A stretch of 64,000 nucleotides of DNA, taken from the NCBI GenBank assembly GCA_046719715.1, contig JBDNCJ010000001.1:9592-73591 (forward strand). The letters are read 5' to 3'. Both the position numbers and the translations under genes were made by a program. The DNA comes from Chloroherpetonaceae bacterium (GTDB taxonomy: Bacteria > Bacteroidota > Chlorobiia > Chlorobiales > Thermochlorobacteraceae). Positions within the stretch are counted from its first letter, which is position 1. Each line of letters starts with the position of its first letter. The notes beneath the pieces are model-generated. The model saw nothing but the letters and a program-made list of their open reading frames with translations. It had not been told where the DNA came from and ran no database searches. Positions 39,023-48,898 of this stretch are shown piece after piece.

Positions 39023-40270
39023 ATGCGACGATTATTTTACGAATTTGCTGAAAGTTGCAACATTGCTTACGCGCAGATAACGGCGAACAAAGTGCGCTCC
39101 TTTTTGACTGCACTCGGCGTCATTATCGGCATTCTCGCCGTTACCCTCATGGGCACTGCCATCAATGGAATCGACAAGGGGTTTGAAAACAGCCTCTCAA
39201 TGATTGGCTATGACGTGCTCTACGTTCAAAAATGGCCTTGGGCAGATAACAGCAACACGTGGTGGATTTATCGAAATCGACGTCCGATGAAAACCGAATA
39301 CGCCGACCAAATCAACCGCATCATCGACGATACCCCGAATTCCCAACTTATCACCGCCGTGCCACAAGGACTATGGGGCGCACCCGTCAAGCGCGGCGAC
39401 CGTCAAATTTCTTCCGCTTTTCTGATGGGAACAACTGATGAGTATCCGCTCATCTCCACTGTTGATTTACAAGATGGACGCTTCTTCAACGCAATTGAAT
39501 CCAAAGCCGCTCGCAATGTGTGCGTCATTGGCTATGATATTGCAGATGGCTTGTTTCCGAATGAAAATCCCATCGGCAAAACCTTGCAAGTGCGCAACTT
39601 TCAGTGCGTTGTTATCGGCGTCATTGCCAAGCAGGGCAAGTTTCTCGGATTGTTCAGTTTTGATTCACAAGTGATTGTGCCGCTCGGCGTGTTCAAGAAA
39701 CACATCGGCAATACGCAAAACGACCGCGTGGTCGTCAAAGTCAAGGACAAAAAGCGACTCGCCGAAGCCAAAGACGAACTGACAGGCATCATGCGCCGCA
39801 TACGAGGGCTTAACCCCGAAGTCAAAGATGATTTTTCGCTCAATGAACAGCAGGCGTTCAAAAGCACCTTAGACCCGATTAAAAATGGCATTGCATTAGC
39901 GGGGCTGTTCATTACGGGCTTGTCGCTCTTCGTCGGTGCAATCGGAATTATGAACATTACCTTTGTGAGCGTCAAAGAGCGCACGAAAGAAATCGGCACG
40001 CGCAAAGCACTGGGGGCGAGGCGTCGCACGATTCTCATGCAGTTCCTCATTGAAGCCGTCGCAATTTGCTTGGTGGGCGGCGTTGTGGGGCTGTCGATAG
40101 CCTTTGGAATCAGTTTAGCGATGCAAGCGGCAAACTTTCCTGCTGAATTTTCACCCTCGCTCGTCTTGGGCGCAATGGCGGCGTCAATTCTCACCGGCAT
40201 TATTTCCGGATTTGCGCCTGCGTATTCGGCTTCAAAGTTGGACCCCGTCGTCGCATTACGATATGAATAA
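39023..40270 (+). CDS. ABC transporter permease (FtsX/MacB-type)
   Basis: N-terminal NKVRSFLTALGVIIG, a periplasmic MacB-PCD-like domain, and the C-terminal FtsX block ERTKEIGTRKALGA. Confidence 0.9.
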   Translation: MRRLFYEFAESCNIAYAQITANKVRSFLTALGVIIGILAVTLMGTAINGIDKGFENSLSMIGYDVLYVQKWPWADNSNTWWIYRNRRPMKTEYADQINRIIDDTPNSQLITAVPQGLWGAPVKRGDRQISSAFLMGTTDEYPLISTVDLQDGRFFNAIESKAARNVCVIGYDIADGLFPNENPIGKTLQVRNFQCVVIGVIAKQGKFLGLFSFDSQVIVPLGVFKKHIGNTQNDRVVVKVKDKKRLAEAKDELTGIMRRIRGLNPEVKDDFSLNEQQAFKSTLDPIKNGIALAGLFITGLSLFVGAIGIMNITFVSVKERTKEIGTRKALGARRRTILMQFLIEAVAICLVGGVVGLSIAFGISLAMQAANFPAEFSPSLVLGAMAASILTGIISGFAPAYSASKLDPVVALRYE

Positions 40271-40289
40271 ACTTTAATCGGCTTCAACG

Positions 40290-41522
40290 ATGCAATACAA
40301 AGAAATTGCGACGATGGCGTTCCTCTCGCTGCAAAGCAACAAGTTGCGCTCCGGACTGACGATGCTCGGCATTACCGTCGGCGTGTTTTCCATCATTGGC
40401 GTAATGACCATTCTCGGCGCGCTTCAAACCACGATTGAGAAAGGACTCTCCGAACTCGGCACAAACACATTTCAAATTCAGAAGTATCCTGCAACGCTTT
40501 TCGGCGGCGGCATTGATTGGAACAAATACAATAATCGCCGCAACATCGACTACGACGACGCCCTCACCTTCAAACGCTTGATGGGCAACGACGCAAAAAT
40601 CGGACTTGAACTTTGGACAGGCGCCAAGCAAGCCGTCTATCAAGGCAAAAAAACAAACCCTAACGTTGGCATCGCTGGCGGAGACGCCAACTACATCTTC
40701 AACAACAGTTACACGCTCGCCTACGGCAGAAACATCAGCGACGAAGATGTGCTTTATGCCCGCAGTGTTGTCGTCATCGGCGACGGCATTCAAAAACTGC
40801 TTTTTGAATCGGAAAATCCTATCGGCAGAGAACTGAAATTAGACGGAAGAAACTATACCATCATCGGCGTCTTGGAACTCAAAGGCAGCGCGTTTGGACA
40901 AGGACAAGATAACTTCGCTATCATTCCGATTACACGATTTCTCATTAATTACGGTCGACAGCAACGCAGCATTAACATCACGGTTCAAGCCCCGTCGCAA
41001 GACGCTTATCAAAGCGTGATGGATAAAGCAATTGGCGCGATGCGTATCGCCCGCAAATTGAAGGCTGAAGACTTGAACGATTTTGAAATCTACGCCAATG
41101 ATTCGCTCGTTAAGCAGTTTCAAGATTTTGCGGGTGTGATTCGCATCGGCGCGTTCGTCATCAGTTTCATTTCGCTTCTAACGGCGGGCATTGGAATTAT
41201 GAACATCATGCTTGTGAGCGTTACGGAGCGCACGAAGGAAATTGGCATACGCAAATCCATCGGCGCGAAAAAAGCCAACATCTTAACCCAATTTTTGATT
41301 GAAGCCACTGTGCTCTCGGTGTCAGGCGGATTGCTCGGCATTATCGTTGGCGTGGTGATAGGAAATATGGTTGCCGCCTCAATGAGTGCGCCATTCGTCT
41401 TTCCGTTTGATTGGGCGGCGATTGGCTTGCTGGTATGCTCGGCAATCGGCGTCGGGTTTGGATTCTATCCCGCCTACAAAGCCGCATCGTTAGACCCGAT
41501 TGAAGCGTTACGCTTTGAATAA
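40290..41522 (+). CDS. ABC transporter permease (FtsX/MacB-type), second copy
   Basis: Same architecture as the first permease: NKLRSGLTMLGITVG ... ERTKEIGIRKSIGA. Confidence 0.9.
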   Translation: MQYKEIATMAFLSLQSNKLRSGLTMLGITVGVFSIIGVMTILGALQTTIEKGLSELGTNTFQIQKYPATLFGGGIDWNKYNNRRNIDYDDALTFKRLMGNDAKIGLELWTGAKQAVYQGKKTNPNVGIAGGDANYIFNNSYTLAYGRNISDEDVLYARSVVVIGDGIQKLLFESENPIGRELKLDGRNYTIIGVLELKGSAFGQGQDNFAIIPITRFLINYGRQQRSINITVQAPSQDAYQSVMDKAIGAMRIARKLKAEDLNDFEIYANDSLVKQFQDFAGVIRIGAFVISFISLLTAGIGIMNIMLVSVTERTKEIGIRKSIGAKKANILTQFLIEATVLSVSGGLLGIIVGVVIGNMVAASMSAPFVFPFDWAAIGLLVCSAIGVGFGFYPAYKAASLDPIEALRFE

Positions 41523-41530
41523 CATCTCTC

Positions 41531-43612
41531 CTAAAATCTTGCGCGAAGCCCCAACCCAAATGTGCTTGGCGAATTTGTGTTGAATTGGTCGTTGCTCGTC
41601 CCGATGCTTTCTACGCCGTCGCGATAAAGGTTCGCAAAGCGTGCGGCAAGTTCTACTTGTTTGAAAAGTTGATAGCGCAAGTTCAGCAAGAGCCGTCGCC
41701 CCGTGCCGAAGTGTGCGTAGGTTGTGGCAAGAAGTGGCAGGTCGTATTCGTAAGCGTAGATAGCGGCATCAAAGGCATCAACTTGAAAGAAGGCAATTCG
41801 AGCATCGAGCGACAGCCGATTTTGAAGCGCGTCGATATTCGCCTCTTGGTAAATCAGCCACCCGTTGAAGGCTTCTTTCCCGCTCACAAATGTTTTTTCT
41901 ACTTGCTTGTACTCCACGCGCGTGCGCAGGCGCAGTTGCGTTGAGACTTGATAAACGAAATCTGTTCGAACTCTTGAAAGCGAGACGGGCACTGCGATTC
42001 GGTATTCGCGATTAAAATTATCGGTTTGTGTGAGCGCGTCTTCGGTGTATTTGCGTTGAACGAGCGGCTCAATGAGCAAATTGCGTGCAGGCTTGTAAGA
42101 GAGTTGAAAGAGCAAATCGTCGCCCGACCACGAGAGCACGGTGCTGGCGTTAATGAAAGGAATGCGGAAAATATCGTAATAGCCGCGCACGGACACTTCA
42201 TCGCTCAATTTCATTTGAACGCCCAGATAAATGCCTTCTTCGTTCCGCCCTTGTGAGCCTCGCTCGGCGAAGGCGTTGGCGTAAGGCGAATAAAATGCTT
42301 GCGAGTATTTACGCGCCAATAAGACGGTTTTTAATCGCTTTTGAAATTTCCCCTCGATTCCCGCCACAATCGAGTTTGCGTTCTGTTGAAACGAGCGCGC
42401 CGCTTCGCCGAAAAGCGTAAAGTCGTAGAGCGAAAAATCCCAATTCATTGAGGCAACTGTAATGTGCGAGCCGTTGAAGCGAAATGCGTTGGCAATCGTC
42501 GGTGCAGGTTGAAACGGCAATGAAAATTCAGAGTCGTAGAGTGTTGCGCCGAGTTTGAAAAACGTTTGCGCTGTTCCAAAACCATAACTCAAATGTCCGC
42601 CTTTGGTGATTTGTGAAACGCTGTTTTTGCGGTTCAATTCTGTTGTCGTGCGATGCAAGCCTGAAAAATCGATGCTGGTGAAAGCACTGTCGTTGGTCGT
42701 GGCTGAAAGGCGATTGTTGGAGTAAAAAAGCGTGGTTGAAAGGTCGCCGAATTTGAGTTCCGCTGCCGTGCCGCGAAAGAAGTTTTGTTCGATGGTTGAA
42801 GCGTAAAGGCGGACGGGATTTCGCGACACGCGCGCGGTTGTAACGGCTTCGGCACTTTTGAAGAAGGCGCGTCCGCTGTTGATGGCAAGCCCTTGTCCAA
42901 ATGAGAGATTGTAGTCGCCAATGACGAGCGTGCGCACATTATAAATTTCTCGCACCTGAACACTCACCGAATAAAAATCGGTCAAACTTGATTCGCCGAC
43001 GTCTTTTTCCGTCAGCGCGGATACGGCGAAGTTTTCGGAAAGGAAGGCTTGAAGGCGGTTGTAGGCTTTCACCGATGAGCCTTGATAGCGTCCGTTCAAA
43101 ATGCCTTGTCGGACGGGCGATTCAAAGCCGCTTCGAGCGATGTATTCTACGCGCAGTTGTTCTTGAAGCATGCCGTTTTTGTAATCGCTGATGAAAGCAG
43201 GTTCAAACGGATTGCGATACAGCCGCGCGTCGCCGACCGTTACGAAGCCCTCAATCAATCGATAGGTTTCTTCGTCTAAAATCTCACGCAAGGATTCAAC
43301 GCTGGGAATGAGATTGACTTCTTTGCGATATGCAAGAATGCGCTGTGCATCGGTTGCTGAAAGAAACGGGATTGAAAGCAAACGAGAAAAATCCGCCGTG
43401 TTGAGATTGACCTTTTGACGTCGCAAGAGATTGAACTGCTCCAAGAGTTCGCTGTTGCCGCTTTGTTCGTCCGAGAGGTCTAAAAGTCGGTCGATGGTTT
43501 GGGTGGGAATTTCGTCGTCGGCGTCTTGTGCAAGTGCCGGAAATATCGAGAGTAACGCGAGACATATCACCATCGCGCAAATTCTTTGAGTCAAGTGGAG
43601 AGCGGGTTTCAT
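41531..43612 (-). CDS. Secreted helix-hairpin-helix (ComEA-like) domain protein with a large beta-barrel-like C-terminal region
   Basis: The internal ATG gives a signal peptide (LSIFPALAQ). HhH motif VNLNTADFSRLLSIPFLSATDAQRILAYR. The C-terminus ends in ...GLGLRARF, an aromatic terminus typical of outer-membrane proteins. Confidence 0.6.
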   Translation of the reverse strand: MKPALHLTQRICAMVICLALLSIFPALAQDADDEIPTQTIDRLLDLSDEQSGNSELLEQFNLLRRQKVNLNTADFSRLLSIPFLSATDAQRILAYRKEVNLIPSVESLREILDEETYRLIEGFVTVGDARLYRNPFEPAFISDYKNGMLQEQLRVEYIARSGFESPVRQGILNGRYQGSSVKAYNRLQAFLSENFAVSALTEKDVGESSLTDFYSVSVQVREIYNVRTLVIGDYNLSFGQGLAINSGRAFFKSAEAVTTARVSRNPVRLYASTIEQNFFRGTAAELKFGDLSTTLFYSNNRLSATTNDSAFTSIDFSGLHRTTTELNRKNSVSQITKGGHLSYGFGTAQTFFKLGATLYDSEFSLPFQPAPTIANAFRFNGSHITVASMNWDFSLYDFTLFGEAARSFQQNANSIVAGIEGKFQKRLKTVLLARKYSQAFYSPYANAFAERGSQGRNEEGIYLGVQMKLSDEVSVRGYYDIFRIPFINASTVLSWSGDDLLFQLSYKPARNLLIEPLVQRKYTEDALTQTDNFNREYRIAVPVSLSRVRTDFVYQVSTQLRLRTRVEYKQVEKTFVSGKEAFNGWLIYQEANIDALQNRLSLDARIAFFQVDAFDAAIYAYEYDLPLLATTYAHFGTGRRLLLNLRYQLFKQVELAARFANLYRDGVESIGTSNDQFNTNSPSTFGLGLRARF

Positions 43613-43709
43613 CGTATCGAGATTGTGGTTTGGGATTATTAAAAAATCGTTAAGTTCAGCAAGCCTCACTTCGAAAAACAACTTTTTCAACGCTAATACA
43701 TTTCTGACA

Positions 43710-45014
43710 ATGAGATTACAAGATTCCGTTCAATTTGTAACGGCGAAACTCCCTGAGGTTTTCTCTTCGGAGCGCGTCGACGTAACGACGACTGAATCGC
43801 TCAAATTTATCAACGCGCTTGGGGAAATCGCTCTTGCTCCCGCTCCCGCCGCACTTCAGGCAACAGTTCAATCGCTCCTTGCAACACTGGCTTCAGCGTG
43901 CCAAGCCATGCCTGTGCGTGTTCAACAAGTGTGCGCCTACACGCTCTTAGACACGTTCAACTCGAGCTTGTGGACGTTGCATCGAAAAGTTTTACAAACG
44001 AAATCGGAGGAGCATATCAATGCAACGATTTCATACCGATTTCTTTACGAGCAACGGGTTGCAGGAATGACGCTCCTACTTGGCATGCTTCCTGATGTTG
44101 AGAGAACCTCCGTGCGCATGAGCGAAGTAACGGAAAAACTTGCGCTGTTGAAAGAAGAGTTCATCGCGTTTGATGAAGAACTTATTTGGCATCATGCCAC
44201 TTACGGCGAGAGCGTCGGAACGCTTCGTTGGCAATTCGCTGACGCGAATTTCTGGCTTGCGAACCCCGACACATGGAAACAGCGTGTTGGAGAAATTGAG
44301 CCTCGCTTGAAGTGGAAAAGTGCGTTGGAAAAACAGCGATTCAAAAAATTCTTGCTCTCGCGAAAGTCTCCCAAGTCAAAAACGCCGTTCTATGCGTTGC
44401 CGAGCGTGATGAAGCCGATTCCTGAAAGCGAGATGCTCTCTGAAATTGAACAGTATGAGCGCGCGCTGTTCAATCACCAAACGCCGAAGCCGATGTCGGA
44501 ATTCGGCGGCGCGTCGGTTTATGCGCATTATGCGTTTGCTTGTTTGGAGCAAAATCAGCCGATGAAGGCGTTGGGCGCGTTTCGCAAAAACGTGATGCTC
44601 AATCTTAAAAATGCGGACGCTTGGCTGAATTTGGGCGTTGGAAATTTCTTAGCCGGCACACTGCATCGCGCCAAATTTTGTCTTGAAAAATCTTATGCAC
44701 TCCGCGACGATATTTTTACCGCTAACGACTTGGCGGTCGTCTACGCTTCGCTCGGCTTGCGCGAAAAAGCCAAAAGCCTTTGGAGCAAGTATCTCAAAAA
44801 TGAAGTTGCGATTGAACCGACCTACAACGTCGCGACGCTCTTTCTTGCAGAAAACAACTTGCTTGATGCCGGCAAACTTTTTCAATGGTGCGGTGAGCGC
44901 GACAAAGCGCACGGAGAAACCGCGTTCAACATGGCAATCGTCATGGAGCGCGAAGCCAAAGACTTCTTGGCGGAACGCTATTTTACCTTAGCCGCAAAAC
45001 TCGGCGTCAAGTAA
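43710..45014 (+). CDS. Hypothetical protein with C-terminal TPR-like repeats
   Basis: ATG start (MRLQDSV). The C-terminal third has TPR-like A..L.LG......G....A patterns. I recognised no other domain. Confidence 0.5.
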   Translation: MRLQDSVQFVTAKLPEVFSSERVDVTTTESLKFINALGEIALAPAPAALQATVQSLLATLASACQAMPVRVQQVCAYTLLDTFNSSLWTLHRKVLQTKSEEHINATISYRFLYEQRVAGMTLLLGMLPDVERTSVRMSEVTEKLALLKEEFIAFDEELIWHHATYGESVGTLRWQFADANFWLANPDTWKQRVGEIEPRLKWKSALEKQRFKKFLLSRKSPKSKTPFYALPSVMKPIPESEMLSEIEQYERALFNHQTPKPMSEFGGASVYAHYAFACLEQNQPMKALGAFRKNVMLNLKNADAWLNLGVGNFLAGTLHRAKFCLEKSYALRDDIFTANDLAVVYASLGLREKAKSLWSKYLKNEVAIEPTYNVATLFLAENNLLDAGKLFQWCGERDKAHGETAFNMAIVMEREAKDFLAERYFTLAAKLGVK

Positions 45015-45031
45015 CGCGATGGACACGAACC

Positions 45032-45059
45032 AAAATCCTGACAATAAAATCCTGACAAT
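45032..45059. repeat. Perfect 14-bp tandem duplication (AAAATCCTGACAAT x2)
   Basis: Read directly from the sequence. It abuts the terminator stem in a convergent intergenic gap. Confidence 0.9.
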
Positions 45060-45090
45060 AAAAAAGCCCGTCAAGAACAGACGGGCTTTC
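45060..45090 (-). terminator. Intrinsic terminator of the HU gene (possibly weakly bidirectional)
   Basis: Stem AGCCCGTC / GACGGGCT with a 7-nt loop. A T-run follows on the minus strand, and only TTTC on the plus strand. Confidence 0.75.
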
Positions 45091-45132
45091 AAAGTCTATG
45101 CACGGACTTGTAAGCGATGCTTCTCTCAACGC

Positions 45133-45408
45133 TTACTTATTGACGGCACTTTTGAGCGCGGCTCCGGGCTTGAAACGTGCGACTTTTTTCGCCTTGATTT
45201 TAAGCACGGCACCGGTTTTCGGGTTGCGTCCTGTGCGCGCGGCACGCTTGCCTACGCTGAACGTTCCGAAACCAATCAGGGTAACGGACTGGCCTTTTTT
45301 GAGCGAAGCCGTAACGCCGCCAATAAACGAGTTGACGGATTTTTCAGCGGCGGCTTTCGAGATGCCCGCTTCTTTTGCAATTTTTTCCACTAAGTCGGCT
45401 TTTGACAT
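45133..45408 (-). CDS. hup: HU-family DNA-binding protein
   Basis: 91 aa with the blocks [11 protein letters not shown]..., [19 protein letters not shown] and KA.K..RFKPG. Confidence 0.93.
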   Translation of the reverse strand: MSKADLVEKIAKEAGISKAAAEKSVNSFIGGVTASLKKGQSVTLIGFGTFSVGKRAARTGRNPKTGAVLKIKAKKVARFKPGAALKSAVNK

Positions 45409-45662
45409 AATAGTCTGTGAGTTATGTTGTTAATGAATAAACCGCCTTTCAAGAAATCATCTTGCAAGGCAACGCGAAGATACAGAAAAAACCGAATAAT
45501 GCAAGTCCCTATCGCCCGAAATCCCTTGTAAAATAAGGTGATTCCAAGAGACGCCTTTGCATTTCGCCGTTTTTGCGGTTGAAACCGCTTGTCTTATATT
45601 TGCGGACTTTTTTCGGCTTTCAACATCTTCAACACTTACAACTGCGATTCGTCCAAAAAATT

Positions 45663-46232
45663 ATGGCAACTACAAGTGATTTGTCCAAAGGAGTTATCGT
45701 TCGCTTCAACGGCGAACTGCATGTTTGCGAAGAAGTCGTTCATCGCACGCCCGGCAACCTTCGTGCGTTTTATCAAGTCAAAATGAGAAACCTAAGGCAC
45801 GGGCGAATTGTGGAAAATCGATTCCGCTCCGGCGAAGAGGTCGAGGTTGTAGAAACGGAGCGCAAAACTTTCCAATACCTCTACCGCGACGGAGAAGACT
45901 TCGTGCTGATGGACAACGAAACCTACGACCAAACCAACGTGCCCACTTCCGCTTTCGGAGAGCAAGCAAAATTTCTCAAAGAATCCATGACCGTCGAAGT
46001 CGTCTACGCCAGCGACGGCTCGATTGTCCAAGCCGAAACGCCGACCTTCGTCGAACTCACCGTTACCGACACAAGCCCGACCACGAAAGATGAACGCGCG
46101 ACCGCAAGCACCAAGCCTGCAACGCTTGAAACCGGCGCCGTTGTGCAAGTGCCGATGTTCGTCTTGACGGGCGACGTCGTGCGCGTCGATACGCGCACCG
46201 GTGCTTATCTCGACAGAGTGAATAAGAAGTGA
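45663..46232 (+). CDS. efp: Elongation factor P
   Basis: The internal ATG (MATTSDLSKG) gives about 189 aa with EF-P blocks, for example VPMFV..GD.VRVDTRTG.Y..RV. It lies upstream of accB-accC, a common arrangement. Confidence 0.9.
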   Translation: MATTSDLSKGVIVRFNGELHVCEEVVHRTPGNLRAFYQVKMRNLRHGRIVENRFRSGEEVEVVETERKTFQYLYRDGEDFVLMDNETYDQTNVPTSAFGEQAKFLKESMTVEVVYASDGSIVQAETPTFVELTVTDTSPTTKDERATASTKPATLETGAVVQVPMFVLTGDVVRVDTRTGAYLDRVNKK

Positions 46233-46339
46233 TAAAAACTTAAACGGGCGTAACGCCCTTCGCACGCGCGCTGAAAGGTTCAAGCGTCGTGTTTAAAAAC
46301 AACCTTTATCAACCTTTGTAAAAAACCTTTGGAGGCGAG

Positions 46340-46828
46340 ATGAATCTCGATGACATACAACGACTGATAAAAATGGTCGACGAATCCGGTTTAGATGAAA
46401 TGACCATTGAAGAAGGCGAGTTCAAACTCACCTTGAAGAAGGCGGCGGAGCCGTCTGCGTCGCCCGCCATGAGTGCAATGCCGATGATGATGCCGCAGTA
46501 TTTTCCGCAACAACACGCCCAGATGGCACAAGCCCCGCCGCCAGCGGCTAAACCGACCGAAGCCTCACCCGTACCCGTCGATGCAGCCAAGAAATACAAG
46601 GAAATCCGCTCGCCGATGGTCGGCACGTTTTATCGTGCACCCGCGCCCGAAGCCAATCCTTATGTGCAAGTCGGCGATTCCATTTCCAAAGGAAAAGTGC
46701 TTTGCATTATTGAAGCCATGAAACTCATGAACGAAATCGAGAGCGACATTGATGGAAAAATCGTGAAGATTCTCGTTGAGAACGGCAAGCCCGTTGAGTT
46801 CGACCAAGTGCTCTTTTTGGTGGAGTAA
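46340..46828 (+). CDS. accB: Acetyl-CoA carboxylase biotin carboxyl carrier protein
   Basis: Pro/Ala-rich linker and the biotinylation motif CIIEAMKLMNEIE. Confidence 0.93.
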   Translation: MNLDDIQRLIKMVDESGLDEMTIEEGEFKLTLKKAAEPSASPAMSAMPMMMPQYFPQQHAQMAQAPPPAAKPTEASPVPVDAAKKYKEIRSPMVGTFYRAPAPEANPYVQVGDSISKGKVLCIIEAMKLMNEIESDIDGKIVKILVENGKPVEFDQVLFLVE

Positions 46829-46882
46829 TTTTCGTCGACAAACTAACGCGGCTCTCGAAGTCTAAACACAAATTTTTTCTCG

Positions 46883-48229
46883 ATGTTTAAGAAAATTCTG
46901 ATTGCAAATCGCGGCGAGATTGCCATGCGCGTCATTCGCACGTGCCGCGAAATGGGTATACAAACCGTCGCCGTTTATTCCACTGCCGACGCCGATTCGC
47001 TTCATATCAAATATGCTGACGAAGCCGTCTGCATCGGTGCGCCAATGAGCAAGGAAAGTTATCTCAACATGCCGCGCATTATTGCCGCCGCCGAAATCAC
47101 CAACGCCGACGCGATTCATCCGGGCTATGGATTCCTTTCTGAAAACGCCGAGTTCTCCGAAATCTGTGCCTCGTCAGGCATTAAGTTCATCGGTCCTTCA
47201 CCCGATATGATTCGGGCAATGGGCGACAAGAAAACTGCAAAAGATACAGTTAAGCGCGTCAATGTGCCGACAGTTCCGGGCAGTGTAGGATTGGTTGAAG
47301 ATTTGAACGAAGCTAAAGAAGTTGCGCGGCGCGTTGTTTATCCCGTCATTATTAAAGCCACTGCGGGCGGCGGCGGCAAGGGCATGCGTGTTGTTCAGCG
47401 CGAAGAAGATTTAGAAAAAGCATTTCAAACCGCTCGCAACGAAGCCGAAAAAGCCTTCGGCAACGCTGGCGTCTATATCGAGAAATTCGTCGAAGAGCCA
47501 CGCCACATTGAAATTCAAGTGTTGGGCGACCAGCACGGCAACATCATTCATTTGGGTGAGCGCGATTGCTCCGTTCAGCGTCGTCATCAAAAGTTGATTG
47601 AAGAATCGCCTTCGCCGATTGTTAGCGAGGAACTGCGTGCGGAAATGGGCGAGGCGGCGATTGCGGCGGCGAAAGCCATCAACTATGAAGGCGCGGGCAC
47701 AGTCGAGTTTCTCGTCGATAAATATCGCAAGTTCTACTTCATGGAAATGAACACACGCATTCAAGTCGAGCACCCCGTAACCGAAGAAGTTTGCGATATC
47801 GATTTAATCAAGCAACAAATTTTAGTCGCATCAGGTAAGAAAATTTCTACGCGCAAAGTCGTGCCGCACGGACACTCAATCGAGTGCCGCATCAACGCCG
47901 AAGACCCCGACAACGACTTTCGTCCCAGCCCCGGCGACCTGAAAGTCTTTCACACGCCCGGCGGTCACGGCGTCAGGGTTGAAACGCACGCCTACGCCGG
48001 CTATCGCATTCCGCCTCACTACGATTCAATGATTGCCAAACTCATTGTGCACGCCCCGACACGCGAAGAAGCCATCGAGCGCATGCTTCGCGCCTTAGAT
48101 GAGTTCATCGTCGAAGGCGTGAAAACCACAATCCCGCTTCACAAAAAAATCATGCAGTCTCAACTCTTCCGAAGCGGAAACTTCGACACCAGTTTCCTTG
48201 AAAAAGCCCGACTGATGAAAGGACACTAA
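46883..48229 (+). CDS. accC: Acetyl-CoA carboxylase biotin carboxylase
   Basis: Blocks [19 protein letters not shown] and [14 protein letters not shown]. Confidence 0.95.
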   Translation: MFKKILIANRGEIAMRVIRTCREMGIQTVAVYSTADADSLHIKYADEAVCIGAPMSKESYLNMPRIIAAAEITNADAIHPGYGFLSENAEFSEICASSGIKFIGPSPDMIRAMGDKKTAKDTVKRVNVPTVPGSVGLVEDLNEAKEVARRVVYPVIIKATAGGGGKGMRVVQREEDLEKAFQTARNEAEKAFGNAGVYIEKFVEEPRHIEIQVLGDQHGNIIHLGERDCSVQRRHQKLIEESPSPIVSEELRAEMGEAAIAAAKAINYEGAGTVEFLVDKYRKFYFMEMNTRIQVEHPVTEEVCDIDLIKQQILVASGKKISTRKVVPHGHSIECRINAEDPDNDFRPSPGDLKVFHTPGGHGVRVETHAYAGYRIPPHYDSMIAKLIVHAPTREEAIERMLRALDEFIVEGVKTTIPLHKKIMQSQLFRSGNFDTSFLEKARLMKGH

Positions 48230-48243
48230 CTCGACGAAGAATC

Positions 48244-48298
48244 CGACGAGTAATGAAGCATGCAAACTCGCGCTCACGCCGCCGTTCATTACTCGTCG
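48244..48298. repeat. Perfect 14-bp inverted repeat (CGACGAGTAATGAA / TTCATTACTCGTCG) with a 27-nt loop
   Basis: Read directly from the sequence. It sits in the convergent gap between accC and a GNAT gene, with no flanking T-run. Confidence 0.85.
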
Positions 48299-48330
48299 CC
48301 TGCGCCGCCAGCCTATTTCATCTCATCGCT

Positions 48331-48855
48331 TCACTCAGCATTTAATGATTTTTCCAAAATCAATTCGTCTCGAAGCGGTATTCCGTGCTCGCCTGTAAGT
48401 TGGATTTTTGGATTTTGCTTTCGCCGCACATCGATTGCGCCAACTCGAAGGTCTGACAGATGAAAGGCGCGTTTTTGCAAAAAGCGAAGCGCGTTGAGAT
48501 TGTCGTTCCCGATGACGCAAGTGAGTTTTTTACAGCCCTTTGCTTGTGCTTCGGCTTCAAGGCTGACGAGCAGAGATTCGCCAACGCCCATGCGCTTGCG
48601 GCTCACATGAAGGCTGACGATATGGCAAGCGTCGCTTTGAACGTGATATGCGAGCAATCCGACAGGTTCGCCGTCCACTTCCGCAATCCAAGCGGGAAGG
48701 GATAGAATGTTGGTTATGCCGGCGAATGTGGGCAAATGCGCGTCGCTCGATTGGCTGTTGAGAAAGGCTTCCGCCCATTCCGCGTCGGCGGTGGTTTTGG
48801 GGCGAATTTGTATTGAGTCCATATCGCAATTAATATGTGTATTCTTGATTGACAA
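48331..48855 (-). CDS. GNAT-family N-acetyltransferase
   Basis: An RKRMGVGESLL acetyl-CoA-binding block and a GNAT beta-alpha pattern. Confidence 0.8.
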   Translation of the reverse strand: MSIKNTHINCDMDSIQIRPKTTADAEWAEAFLNSQSSDAHLPTFAGITNILSLPAWIAEVDGEPVGLLAYHVQSDACHIVSLHVSRKRMGVGESLLVSLEAEAQAKGCKKLTCVIGNDNLNALRFLQKRAFHLSDLRVGAIDVRRKQNPKIQLTGEHGIPLRDELILEKSLNAE

Positions 48856-48898
48856 TGCGTGAGGCGTTTTTGGAATGTAAGAAAGATGCGAAAAAAAA

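Noticed and set aside
45032-45059. A 14-bp perfect tandem duplication, considered as a candidate regulatory direct repeat.
   Set aside because: There are only two copies, in a convergent 3' gap directly abutting a terminator stem. It is most simply a replication-slippage duplication. No promoter lies downstream on either strand.
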